Shown piece by piece: positions 19,885 to 30,135 of a stretch of DNA of 64,000 bases (position 1 is its first letter; every line of letters starts with the position of its first letter). This stretch comes from Nitrososphaeria archaeon (GTDB taxonomy: Archaea > Thermoproteota > Nitrososphaeria > JACIWG01), in assembly GCA_963752255.1 (NCBI GenBank), contig CAVVXT010000012.1, forward strand, positions 1 to 64,000, written 5' to 3'. A program made the position numbers and the translations under genes. Below the pieces are notes generated by a model, which saw only the letters and a list, made by a program, of their open reading frames with translations, was not told the origin of the DNA and did not search any database.

Positions 19885-21092
19885 TCTGCTTCTGAGCTCG
19901 ACGTTTCATAAATTGATTGCAGTCTTTCGGAATAGGTAATTGGTTTTAAATCATTGCAAATATATTTTTTTCCTCTAATCCCGAGAATTCTTGAAGTTTC
20001 GTCGTCATCAACTACATGCCTAATACAATTACTAAAAGTCTCCATCTCAAATGGATTGACTGCAAACCCTGCTCCTGAGTCTTCGATCATTTCTTTAACT
20101 CCTCCCAGAGCAAAGCCTACAACAGGCTTCCCAATTGAGAAGGCTTCAGCTACAGTATATCCGAACGCTTCGAACCATAGGATTGGCATAATTACAGCCT
20201 TACATCTGCTAATAATCTCAATTTTTTCTTTGTTGGATACAAAACCATGATATATTATGTTTGGACATTCAATGGAGCTTTTTCTTACTTCTTCCTCTAA
20301 TGGTCCGGCCCCCATAATGTTGAAAGTAACATTAGGCGATCTCTTAGCTATGTCTGCTAAAAGATGAACACCTTTTTCATGAGTCAATCTGCCAAAGGAG
20401 GCAACTGCCTTCTCTCCTCCATATCTAGGTTCCATATCGATTAACTCTTCAGGGAGGAGATTTGGTAGTGTATAGATTCTTTTAAGCTTCATACTTTGCT
20501 CAATGGATTTAGCAAGAGATTTCGAAGGGGATATGATTGCTTGAGAGTTCTGAAGCAAAGAGCGGAGGGAATAGTATAAATTGACTCCGTCAGTCAATCT
20601 GCTTATCTTATTTACTTTATTTAATTCAGCAACTTTCATTAGGCATCTAATACAATGTGTTTGTAAACCTAAATTGTTACATATAATTTGTTCAGGAAGT
20701 TTAACTGCCCACCCACTAGGACATACATATGTCCAATTGTGGACCGTTGTTACAATGGGGATATTCATTTTCTTTGCGACATTGACTATGTTTCTTGGAT
20801 ATCTAGCATTAAGCACGTTAACATGGATGATATCTGGTTTTTCATCTTTCAGAACCTCTTCAAGTTTTTGCCTTAAGGTTTCATCTCTAAAAGCTCTTAT
20901 AATAGGCGTCTTCGAACCGATTATACCAACTATTCTATTATCTTCAGATGAACTGCCAAGTAAAATCCTAATCACCTTATTACCCAATATATCTTCATTT
21001 ACTTTGGCTAGAAGTTCCACATAAAGTTCTTTGCCAAAAAGGCCAGGTTTCCCAAAACCAAATCCGGCATCGTCTATGACAGCAATTTTCAT
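19881..21092 (-). CDS. GT4 glycosyltransferase with Cys-rich insert
   Basis: HNWTYVCP...C...CIRC, FGRLTHEKG and EAFGYTVAEA. Confidence 0.9.
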   Translation of the reverse strand: MKIAVIDDAGFGFGKPGLFGKELYVELLAKVNEDILGNKVIRILLGSSSEDNRIVGIIGSKTPIIRAFRDETLRQKLEEVLKDEKPDIIHVNVLNARYPRNIVNVAKKMNIPIVTTVHNWTYVCPSGWAVKLPEQIICNNLGLQTHCIRCLMKVAELNKVNKISRLTDGVNLYYSLRSLLQNSQAIISPSKSLAKSIEQSMKLKRIYTLPNLLPEELIDMEPRYGGEKAVASFGRLTHEKGVHLLADIAKRSPNVTFNIMGAGPLEEEVRKSSIECPNIIYHGFVSNKEKIEIISRCKAVIMPILWFEAFGYTVAEAFSIGKPVVGFALGGVKEMIEDSGAGFAVNPFEMETFSNCIRHVVDDDETSRILGIRGKKYICNDLKPITYSERLQSIYETSSSEAD

Positions 21093-21099
21093 GTTTATC

Positions 21100-22161
21100 T
21101 TACGTCTTAATTTTATTTATTATGAAACCTATTAATGTTAGATAAGTTCTGAAAGATCTTACGAGGAACATAAGAATAGGGAATGCTATTCTTTGAAGTC
21201 GCGAAAACACTTGATAATATCCTTTGGACCAACTATGTAGAACAATGATTGCGCCTAACAATATGGTATAGGTTACAAAATATGGCCATCCTACGATGAA
21301 TAAAGCTATCAATATTATAGGATCGGTAAAATAGAATAAATATTCGAGCAATTGAGTTGTTGGACTCACTTTTAGAACCTCAATCATACTCCACCAGTCC
21401 CTTTTGATGTACTGTCTGACATATCTCTTAATGTATGCCGGAAAAAGTGAAAATTTTTCTCCTTCGAGTACTGTTCCTTTTTTATTTTTAGAGTCGACGT
21501 CTCTTCCCTCTAAGTGTACCTGCGTTATCGTTCCATCGACTATCATCGTATAACCATTCTTTCTAATTCTACTTCCAAGTTCCCAGTCCTCATGTATTGA
21601 AAGAGGTAATCCCATGTCTTCCCTGAAGAGCCCAGTCTTCGCCAAAACGTCTTTTCGATAAGCCGTAACTAATAAAGCCGATGAAATTGTTGTTTTTATT
21701 CCTAAGTACTTCATATTATTTAACTTATATTTCATTAGTATTTTATTGATCCCTTCTGGGACACAAGGGAAAGTTACTGCAGCTACCTTACTATCTTCCA
21801 AAAATGTGTTAAATGCATTTTTCAGTGTCGAAGGATGCACTTTGACATCGTCTGGGAGTACCAGTTGTATCTCTCCTTTACTTTCGTCTATACCTTTATT
21901 CCAAGCTTTTGTGGCAATGTTTTCTTCCATATATAGAACTCGAAAATTGGGGAAAAAATTTGGATTCATTTCCAAAAATCCTTTAATCGCAGTTTGTGAT
22001 TCTTCATCATTAAAATCCTCAACTAGTAGGATTTCCAGGTTCTTAGGATCATACTCGATCGACGTTAACGATTCTAATGTCCTTGTCAAAGTATCACTAC
22101 TATGATATGTTCTGATGATCAAGGAGACAAATGGAATCCAATTCTTTAGAGGGTTATCCAT
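21100..22161 (-). CDS. GT2 glycosyltransferase with C-terminal TM helices (paralog of 22942-24030)
   Basis: VSLIIRTY, PDD and HEDWELGSR. Confidence 0.88.
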   Translation of the reverse strand: MDNPLKNWIPFVSLIIRTYHSSDTLTRTLESLTSIEYDPKNLEILLVEDFNDEESQTAIKGFLEMNPNFFPNFRVLYMEENIATKAWNKGIDESKGEIQLVLPDDVKVHPSTLKNAFNTFLEDSKVAAVTFPCVPEGINKILMKYKLNNMKYLGIKTTISSALLVTAYRKDVLAKTGLFREDMGLPLSIHEDWELGSRIRKNGYTMIVDGTITQVHLEGRDVDSKNKKGTVLEGEKFSLFPAYIKRYVRQYIKRDWWSMIEVLKVSPTTQLLEYLFYFTDPIILIALFIVGWPYFVTYTILLGAIIVLHSWSKGYYQVFSRLQRIAFPILMFLVRSFRTYLTLIGFIINKIKT

Positions 22162-22196
22162 GTTGCGTCAAATCAAATAACATAGTTGTTGAAAGA

Positions 22197-22910
22197 CTAC
22201 CTCGGTAGATTTGATGACATCGTATAATATGCATCTATGTAGGTCATGAACTCTGTATCAGGCTTGAAATCGAACAGAAAATCTTCATAGACTTCATTCA
22301 TCATTCTTTGCTTTAAAATAGTCATAAAATATTTTTTCAAACGTCCCTTGGTTCCAACGGAAAGGACAAAATAAAGTGGATGTACAAGTACAGTAACCAG
22401 TTCAGATCTGTTAAGTTTCTTTTTTAAATCCTTCTTGAGTCTCCCATATCCTTCCTTAGCACCAAAGTTTCTTACGTAATACAGGTCAAAATCTATAGGC
22501 GTTGGCATAACGAAAGTTTTAACTTTATAATTAGGAAAACCATAACCTTCCATATACTTAAGCCCTAGAGAATCCATGGTAACCCATGTAGCATCGCCGG
22601 CAAACCCTATAGTTGAACCACATGGTGTTACGCCATTTACTTCTGTAACTTTTTCCTTTAAAAAGTTCAATTCACTAATAGGAGCAGGTAGTCTCGGATC
22701 ATTTGTCGTGTTAATAAGGTGCAGCCCCACTTCCCATCCTTCATTCTCGATTTGTTTAAGATAATGGCAGTATTTTTCTGAGTTCAGAAGATCTGTTCGC
22801 ACGAAAAAAGTTGATCTTACTTTATACTTACGTTCAAGTGCAATTACCTTAGATATAGCCCACTTGAAATCCCAGACTGTGTCAATATCATGCCTTAATC
22901 CTATGATCAA
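22197..22910 (-). CDS. Polysaccharide-deacetylase-like protein
   Basis: LRHDID, STFFV, EVGLH and LVHP. Confidence 0.7.
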   Translation of the reverse strand: MIIGLRHDIDTVWDFKWAISKVIALERKYKVRSTFFVRTDLLNSEKYCHYLKQIENEGWEVGLHLINTTNDPRLPAPISELNFLKEKVTEVNGVTPCGSTIGFAGDATWVTMDSLGLKYMEGYGFPNYKVKTFVMPTPIDFDLYYVRNFGAKEGYGRLKKDLKKKLNRSELVTVLVHPLYFVLSVGTKGRLKKYFMTILKQRMMNEVYEDFLFDFKPDTEFMTYIDAYYTMSSNLPR

Positions 22911-22941
22911 AAGTCGGAAACTCCTTTATGAACTCTTATTT

Positions 22942-24030
22942 TTATTGTCTGAGAGCATGCAAAGTTAAACCAATTAGAAACGCATATGTTCTGACAGACC
23001 TTACTACGAATACCGTGATCGTATATATGAGACGATTAGTATAACTATAGGTCTTATAATAGCCTTTGAAAAAGCTCCACGAAATTAATAAAACGAAAAT
23101 TGATGTAAAGTATATTAATGAATAAAACCAATTGGTCAAAATTAAAATCAGAAGTAAAATTGGATTCATAAAGTAAAAAACGTACTCCAACAGCTGGCTT
23201 AAAGGGCTGGCCTTAAAGACTTGAAGCATGCTCCACCAACGCTTTGTAGCATACCCTTTGACGTAATTTATTGATTTCGAAATTAGTGAACGTAATCCCA
23301 TATACTCAACATCGTTCTTATCTAAGTGAAACTTTTGGAAGTCTTTTTTTCGATCAGTCAAGTCATATACATGATTTAGGACAATTGTTCCTTCAAATAT
23401 TACTCTGTATCCATGTTTTTTGAGTCTTGAACCAAGTTCCCAGTCTTCGTGAATCGAATTTGGTGGGCCCATATCCTCCCTATAGAACCCAACTTCTTCG
23501 AGTGCGTCTATCCTAAACAGAGTACAGGCTGACACTGCATTTACACTAGTTTGCGTTCCAATGTATCTTCCATGGTTTAACTTTTCATCTAGACGTGGAT
23601 ACTTGGGCATTGCGGGAAATGCGACTGCAGCAATATCCTGCTCGGAAGAAATAGTTTCTAAGGCTCTCTTAAGGCAATTTTTATCAAGCAATGTGTCATC
23701 GTCGACAAGCATAACAAATTTATCTGGGGAATGCCTTAATCCGTAGTTCCTTTTAATATCTGCGTTGGGTGTTTCCAATAACTTTAAGTCCACATTCAAA
23801 GTACCTGTTTCTTTGACTTCATTTACGTATTTTTTAGCTTCATCGTCATTTGGTACAGCAACAACAGTCGTATTTATTCTATTTTTGGGGTAATCCAATT
23901 CTGCTATCGAATTCAGTACGAGTTTAAGTGCTTGTCCTGCATAAAATGTAGTTATGACTATGCAAACATGCGGGAGAACTATCGTGTTCGGCTCTCTTGG
24001 GTTTTCTGAGGTTGCTAAATTATTCGACAT
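22942..24030 (-). CDS. GT2 glycosyltransferase with C-terminal TM helices (paralog of 21100-22161)
   Basis: VCIVITTF, VDDD and HEDWELGSR. Confidence 0.88.
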   Translation of the reverse strand: MSNNLATSENPREPNTIVLPHVCIVITTFYAGQALKLVLNSIAELDYPKNRINTTVVAVPNDDEAKKYVNEVKETGTLNVDLKLLETPNADIKRNYGLRHSPDKFVMLVDDDTLLDKNCLKRALETISSEQDIAAVAFPAMPKYPRLDEKLNHGRYIGTQTSVNAVSACTLFRIDALEEVGFYREDMGPPNSIHEDWELGSRLKKHGYRVIFEGTIVLNHVYDLTDRKKDFQKFHLDKNDVEYMGLRSLISKSINYVKGYATKRWWSMLQVFKASPLSQLLEYVFYFMNPILLLILILTNWFYSLIYFTSIFVLLISWSFFKGYYKTYSYTNRLIYTITVFVVRSVRTYAFLIGLTLHALRQ

Positions 24031-24077
24031 ATGGTTCAGAATATAAAGTCAACAAGTAGATTTAAAATTCGTAGGTT

Positions 24078-25076
24078 TCATTTGAAATATCTTTTTAATC
24101 GAAAGCCGATACCCCTTGCTTGATCAAATAGACTCCAGTAGGGAAACATAACTGCTCTATTTTTAAATGGTGTTAGCAAATCACTGTTTTCGACAATGAC
24201 CAGACTGCTTCCATTGGCTATCGCTACCTGTCCTCGGCTTATATTAACCTCTGCAGCATTATCAGAAGCAATATACCCTATGTTCAAGAGATGCCAGTAC
24301 CTAAGATCCTTTGAGACAACTAAAGCTTTTGGAGTTCCAAGGATTCCAATCCATAAATTGTTAAAATATTTTATGTCATAGAATTGTGCTAGCTTTTCGT
24401 TTAAGTATCTGAGAAAGAGAAAATTCCAAGTTCCATTTTCAGGATAGTAAGTTCCAATTCCGCCTTTAGCTATGCTACTATCAAAGCCAAATAATACTTT
24501 TTTTTCTAATATTGATATGGGAACAAATTGCCATGGTCCAGTAAAGATTTTTTTCCAATTTATAGTACTTTTATTTTCCTTTAATTCAATAGCTCTTACA
24601 ATGTTTCCGTCACCTAGAGTTGAATATATTACATCACGATACTTGTCATAAGTAATATTATGGAAATGCCTTGAATTCGGATCAACCTCTATATTTGATA
24701 TAACCTTTGTTGACTTTCGGTTACCTTCAAGTCGATAAATTGAAGTGAGGCTTTCCCCATATTCTTGTGCAAACAAACCTAAAGATGTCTGACACATATG
24801 CCAGATCCTATTTCCTTCTTTCACTCTAAGAGCCTCTCTCCACTCTACAGTATCCTTTGATTCGTACACTTTATTATCTATTGATATATAATACGTATCA
24901 AGGAACAAACCTAATAACGAGCCCTTTGTTCCATTAAATGTTGCAATTTTCTCTTTAATTGCAAAATCTTCAGTAATTGTAACAAGATTTAGTGAGCGTT
25001 CTTTTGATTGCTCTAATACCAAAATGCTTTTTCCATTAAATAAGGTACTTAATGCTTTTAAATCAATTACTTGCAT
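24078..25076 (-). CDS. Hypothetical protein, probably beta-propeller/glycosidase-like
   Basis: 332 aa, beta-rich, with QEYG, RHFH..YD.Y...Y.TLGD and an Asp-box-like VSKDLRYW. Confidence 0.6.
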   Translation of the reverse strand: MQVIDLKALSTLFNGKSILVLEQSKERSLNLVTITEDFAIKEKIATFNGTKGSLLGLFLDTYYISIDNKVYESKDTVEWREALRVKEGNRIWHMCQTSLGLFAQEYGESLTSIYRLEGNRKSTKVISNIEVDPNSRHFHNITYDKYRDVIYSTLGDGNIVRAIELKENKSTINWKKIFTGPWQFVPISILEKKVLFGFDSSIAKGGIGTYYPENGTWNFLFLRYLNEKLAQFYDIKYFNNLWIGILGTPKALVVSKDLRYWHLLNIGYIASDNAAEVNISRGQVAIANGSSLVIVENSDLLTPFKNRAVMFPYWSLFDQARGIGFRLKRYFK

Positions 25077-25181
25077 TCAAAAAACCTACACGATAGAAAG
25101 GGACAAATCAGAATAAGAATATTGAGTTCTTCTGAAACATTATCGTGCTCCTTATCAACAACGTCCTCAAATACCAAGTTT

Positions 25182-26177
25182 TCATGCTTTCAGCCAGTTA
25201 ATAGCATTTGAAACATAGAGAGCATCGCAGTGTGCGCACAAAGTAATCCTATTTCCTTGTCCTCCCATGTGAAGCTTTTTAACATCATTTAATGTCTTCG
25301 AGCTTAATACCTTATTGAGGCTTTGTTTAGATAAATCCCCTAGCTTGACTGAGCAATTGTAGTCCATAGAGCATAATGGAACATTTCCATCAGCCATAAC
25401 TACTATCTGTTCCCATAGATGTCTACAAGGAAAAGCGTAATTAGTCTTCAATTCTAATAACCTTGGCAATGCGCCCATCGTTCTGTCAGGGCACACTTCA
25501 CAGTTATCGGCATAAAGTCCACTAAAACTCTTAAATGCCGCAACTTCACCTATATTGTCACTAGTTATAGCCATATTGAACTGAATCAATGGTTTCTTTC
25601 TCGAACTCCCATTTCTCGCTTTAACAAGATTGAGTACATTCTTTATGACCATATTGAAATCGGCGCCTCTTCTAATCTTTTCATAAGTTTTTTTAGTGAC
25701 ACCGTCAATGCTTATGACGATCAAATCTATCCCCGAAGACAGTAGTCTCTCAATCTTATCCTCGGTTAAGAGGGTCGCATTAGTGAACATACTAACTATC
25801 AAATTTTTACTTTTGGCATAGGCAATCCTATCGAATAGCAATGGATCTAGAAGCGGTTCGTTATAAAAATTTAGATTAATATGTGTGATACCAAATAACG
25901 AACACTGGTCGATTATTTTTTTATATAGGGACATATCCATGACAGTGGCTCCCCTAGATTTCTGGCCTTGTCTCTCCAAAGTAGCAGGGCACATCCGGCA
26001 TCTTAGGTTACATGCACTGCATGTTTCGATAAGCATTAATTTTGGCGTTGGAAATGAGTTTGACCTTATTTTGGCGATTTTCGAATACATTAAGGGATAC
26101 ATATGTCCGATAAACGGCTTATTGATCAATGAGACTACTTTTCGTTCAATGATGAGCAATGACAGGGATTTTGTCAA
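25182..26177 (-). CDS. Radical SAM/SPASM-twitch protein
   Basis: CNLRCRMC, YNEPLLD, ISIDG, and C-terminal PCRHLW...DGNVPLCSMD...CAHC. Confidence 0.92.
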   Translation of the reverse strand: MTKSLSLLIIERKVVSLINKPFIGHMYPLMYSKIAKIRSNSFPTPKLMLIETCSACNLRCRMCPATLERQGQKSRGATVMDMSLYKKIIDQCSLFGITHINLNFYNEPLLDPLLFDRIAYAKSKNLIVSMFTNATLLTEDKIERLLSSGIDLIVISIDGVTKKTYEKIRRGADFNMVIKNVLNLVKARNGSSRKKPLIQFNMAITSDNIGEVAAFKSFSGLYADNCEVCPDRTMGALPRLLELKTNYAFPCRHLWEQIVVMADGNVPLCSMDYNCSVKLGDLSKQSLNKVLSSKTLNDVKKLHMGGQGNRITLCAHCDALYVSNAINWLKA

Positions 26178-26265
26178 GATTTATGGCTCAGTAATGGTTT
26201 GTTAAAGTGACTCTTTAATGTTAGGATTATTGCTTGGATGTTAGGATTACTTTTTGGCGGTAAAT

Positions 26266-26361
26266 TTAGAGAATAAGTAGGTTTTCCTTTGGTTTTTCCA
26301 GCACAAAAATGCTCTTTCTGTCAAGTAGAGTACTTAACGCTTTAAGACCAATTATTTTCAT
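26266..26361 (-). pseudogene. 5' fragment duplicating the start of gene 24078-25076
   Basis: MKIIGLKALSTLLDRKSIFVLEKPKENLLIL* versus MQVIDLKALSTLFNGKSILVLEQSKERSLNL; upstream ggttttttaaATG versus ggttttttgaATG. Confidence 0.85.
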
Positions 26362-26404
26362 TTAAAAAACCCAAATGATGGGGAAGAATAAATTATAAAG
26401 GAAA

Positions 26405-27259
26405 TCAAGATACTAATATTTTACGCGTAAAATTTCTGAGAGCAGAATATTGATAGATTTTAGCTAATTCGTCTGAAACAGGATCGCTTTCCTTTTTTTT
26501 GGACTTCGTTCTTAAATAACCAATAAGGTATGCAAGATCCTTTTTTTGAACGGTCTTATAGATAACCCACCAAAAAGGTAATCCATGGTAAGCGTCTGCA
26601 GCCCCCTTCATTATTCCCCTGAAATCTCTAACATTCCTGAAGGTCCAAGACATTACATGATCAATAGGGTATACATGATTTCCCATTGAGAGGGTTAACA
26701 GTATGTGATCTGTATCCCATGAGGCAAGTTTCCTAAAATCAGATATGCTATTCAATTTGAGCCAATGATTTGCCCTATATACGCGATTAGATCCCCAGAG
26801 CATGATTTTTATTTTATTCAAAGGAAAAGGATCATCGTTAAGCCCAAGAGGTTCAAGGGTACCAGCAGTTATACAAAGTCCGGGGTCTTTATGGAAATAT
26901 GGTATTATCTTCTCAAAATATCTTTGTTCAATTACAACATCGGCCTCTATGACTGCTACGTAGTCTATATTTGATGATATTGCCTCCAAGGTCTTGTTAA
27001 GATGCCAATAGACGTTATTAATGTTCCACTTTCCCAGTTCAGGATATCTTTTTACGTTTATAATTGAGAAGTCTATTCCGCTCGGTTTAAGGATATTCTG
27101 AGCAATTTCTAAGCTTCTATCTGTTGAATCATTGTTACCTATAATTACTATTGAAGGTTTAACAGATTGTTTTAGCAAACTGAACAGCATGGAAGAAATT
27201 CTTTGTTCTTCATTAAATACAGGCGTAAGGACCGCTATCTTTGGTATCATGCAAACCAT
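26405..27259 (-). CDS. GT2 glycosyltransferase
   Basis: VLTPVFNEE, NNDSTD, EAD and SWDT. Confidence 0.88.
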   Translation of the reverse strand: MVCMIPKIAVLTPVFNEEQRISSMLFSLLKQSVKPSIVIIGNNDSTDRSLEIAQNILKPSGIDFSIINVKRYPELGKWNINNVYWHLNKTLEAISSNIDYVAVIEADVVIEQRYFEKIIPYFHKDPGLCITAGTLEPLGLNDDPFPLNKIKIMLWGSNRVYRANHWLKLNSISDFRKLASWDTDHILLTLSMGNHVYPIDHVMSWTFRNVRDFRGIMKGAADAYHGLPFWWVIYKTVQKKDLAYLIGYLRTKSKKKESDPVSDELAKIYQYSALRNFTRKILVS

Positions 27260-27284
27260 TTGAATTTCTGATCTTTTAGTTATG

Positions 27285-29066
27285 TCAGCTTTGTACTGAT
27301 ATTACTAAATGAGTGTCGCTCATGTATATGATGTCGTTGATTGATGATTGGTTCAATACCGCTTCTTGCTGCAGCCTTGTTATTTTTAGTATAAATATAG
27401 CTGATCCATAATCTCCAAATTTACTCTGCCCATCCAATATACTATATATTATCTGTCTTACATCCCCGTATTGAACATAGGATGATAGAGGAATATCATA
27501 ATCGCTGTATACTTTCGTTATATTATTTTGTTTCCAGAGGCCTGAAAGGTCATTTGCCTGTATATATGAAGCATAAGGGTGTATGGTATCGGAGACTTCA
27601 AAATTAGTGTGTTCTATGGCAGCATTGTCTGGGCTGTAGGATCCCAGAGCCACCATTGTCGCTAGGAGAAGAACAAATATTATGACTGGAAATATTTTAT
27701 ACTTCTCTAAGACTAGGCCTATTGCAATTACGGATGATAGCATGGATAAAAAGTATGCTATAGGCAACATGTATTGACCCGATCCCGATCCGATTACGTA
27801 GCCTGAATAAGCATAAGTCATGAAAAAGATCGAAGATATCGCGGATGAAAAACCTAGATTGATCTTCGCCCCACTTAAAACAGATTCGGTCGGTTTTTTT
27901 CTTAAAAAGAAAAATATGAGTGCCAGGGTTAGCGATGCTGCTATCGCCAAGGGAACTGCCCATGTGTAAGAGAATATAATAAAACTAGGATTAGAGTAAC
28001 CTGGAGCAACTAATTTGGATATGGTAGTGCCTAATATTGCCTCTACCGCTTTTCCTCCCAGTAGCATATCAACAAACTTGAAGCCAGCATCGTAGAGGCT
28101 CTTCGCATTTCCAAAAATTAGGATGGCAAGGTACGTGCTGAACCAGTACGCTAAAGAAATTAAAAGAGTTATCTTCAACGCTTTATCCGCACCCTTTATA
28201 CTGTTGAATTTCAAACGGGGAATTAGGGTAGACACTGCAAAAAGGCCTATTAGAGTTAGTGGCGCTATCGGGTGAGCGAAGACACCTACTGTTACTGCCA
28301 ATATCATTAGACCGATCGTTTTGCGGCTGGGCTGTACAGTGTTCACCATTAGAAGCAATAGCACAAGAAATATGTAGGGGCCAGGTAAGCCGATTCTCCC
28401 TGTCAAGAATGATAAAGCGGGTGTCGATATTAAGAGCATAAGCCCAGGTAAAGATTTATCCGCCCCAATCTTTCTTAGCAGAACCCAAAACATGAGAAAT
28501 GAAACAACCAATTGGACCATGGAATAAATGATGTTAGTTCCTGAAGTCAGATTAGTTATTAAACCAAAGGGGACTGTTATAAGGGGGATAACCGGTATTA
28601 AATAATACAGTTTTACTATAGCGGAACCAGTTTGATATGCCGTTATGTTACCGCTTGTGTAGAGGCTTTCATCGCTGACGTTATAAAGTGGATACATATG
28701 ATTCCAGGCGAAGAGAGAAATTATAGGTGTCAGTACCGCTACAACCATAGCGAAAAGAAGTACGGAAGATTTCCCCCGAAAGACCATATAAACTACGAAT
28801 AAACCTGATAACACGCCCTCCATGATGAAGAAAATAATAGGTCTAACAGCTTCATTACCTATTGGTAAAACTGATGAGATAGCTGTAATAAGAGTCAATA
28901 ATATTACAATGACATCAAGTAGTTTAGTTGATCTTATACTAATTCTCGGTTTAGACCTTGCCTTACCCCTTAAACTGTAGATAAGAGTTGGAACTAGCAG
29001 TAGTACAAGTAAAATTCCTTCATAAATGATTGCTTCTGTAAAAGTTTCAGGTTGAAGTATAGCCAA
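27285..29066 (-). CDS. Polytopic membrane protein (GT-C/Wzy-like candidate, locus B)
   Basis: 593 aa with many TM segments, an HP motif and a C-terminal soluble domain; function inferred from context only. Confidence 0.6.
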   Translation of the reverse strand: MAILQPETFTEAIIYEGILLVLLLVPTLIYSLRGKARSKPRISIRSTKLLDVIVILLTLITAISSVLPIGNEAVRPIIFFIMEGVLSGLFVVYMVFRGKSSVLLFAMVVAVLTPIISLFAWNHMYPLYNVSDESLYTSGNITAYQTGSAIVKLYYLIPVIPLITVPFGLITNLTSGTNIIYSMVQLVVSFLMFWVLLRKIGADKSLPGLMLLISTPALSFLTGRIGLPGPYIFLVLLLLMVNTVQPSRKTIGLMILAVTVGVFAHPIAPLTLIGLFAVSTLIPRLKFNSIKGADKALKITLLISLAYWFSTYLAILIFGNAKSLYDAGFKFVDMLLGGKAVEAILGTTISKLVAPGYSNPSFIIFSYTWAVPLAIAASLTLALIFFFLRKKPTESVLSGAKINLGFSSAISSIFFMTYAYSGYVIGSGSGQYMLPIAYFLSMLSSVIAIGLVLEKYKIFPVIIFVLLLATMVALGSYSPDNAAIEHTNFEVSDTIHPYASYIQANDLSGLWKQNNITKVYSDYDIPLSSYVQYGDVRQIIYSILDGQSKFGDYGSAIFILKITRLQQEAVLNQSSINDIIYMSDTHLVISVQS

Positions 29067-29072
29067 TTAATT

Positions 29073-30134
29073 TCAAAGTCTTCTTATTTCTAAATTCCAC
29101 TTAATACTTTCTTCACGGAGTATTTCAAAGTCGATTTTCGAGAAAGGATGTTGCCTATGAACAGCAAATACTTTCTTGGATCTTCTGAATTTCTAGCCAA
29201 GTTCGCTAAAAATCTGGAGATGTGTATTCGTGCCAAATTTTATTGGAAAGTCTCCTTCAAGTATCTTTTCCGAAGCCTTTCTCTCTATTAAAGACCATAG
29301 ATTTGTGCTTGTCTCTCCCATTTTTTCAAGGATGTGTGAATCATTCAAAGCTAGCGCGTTGATCTTCAACCCTGTAGAAGCAGGTTCGCTCGAAGGACCG
29401 ATTTCAGAAAAAATGGGTCGTATATCCATCAAGGGATATTTTTGGAACAACATTAAAGAATCATATATATCATTCAACTTAAGTTCAGCTTCTTTAACTA
29501 ATGAATGTAAAACCCTTATGATCGCTTCCAGCATATCATCAGGCGTATGAATGGTTAATTTTCTATCCCCTAAATCGATGCTCTTTTCTACCGTATATTT
29601 GAAAATCAATTCTGGTTTAAGGTAGCTCACTCCTGCAACGGTCAGGTCAGTATGCAGGTCCAATATTATGGGATTCTCTTTAATTATCAGGCCAGTGGAA
29701 TATTTCTTCCTGGTATCGTCTATTAAGGAAAATCCACTGTTCAACAATAATGTGATCGTTTTAGGTAAGGCTTCTAGAGGGACAATAATATCTGAATCTA
29801 CGCCAACATAGCCGCTCGGACAGTAGGTCTTAAAGATCACATACGATATATTATATTCGTCAAAGACAGATACTGCTTTCTCTACCATTTTGTCCCTATA
29901 CCTTGCCAAAATTGCATCCTTTTCAACCATCGGACTCAGTCCGTTTAGAAGGCTTTGATTTCTCATTTCTCCCTTCATTGAGCTAAGGTACTTGTACGCG
30001 GCAACGTGCATCCTGTTCTTGGTTAGTATATTTGAGAGAGCCTTAACGTTTTCAATTGGAATTTTAGGCGGAGTTGTGTTATGATACATGCTCCTGGTTA
30101 TTTCAAGAGCCTTCAAACCTAGATTGTTAGGCAT
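29073..30134 (-). CDS. Nucleotidyltransferase-family protein (pol-beta superfamily); probable +1 frameshift near 29197
   Basis: YVIFKT...VDSDIIV...LDLH. The likely start is ATG 30134, right after the upstream stop. An alternative frame continues ARNSEDPRKY...IRRL* to 29073. Confidence 0.75.
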
Positions 30135-30135
30135 T

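Noticed and set aside
25067-25177. Further possible ghost gene (..ELNILILICPF..); similar weak cases at 10563-10705 and 48125-48235
   Set aside because: No convincing head-plus-tail family signature.
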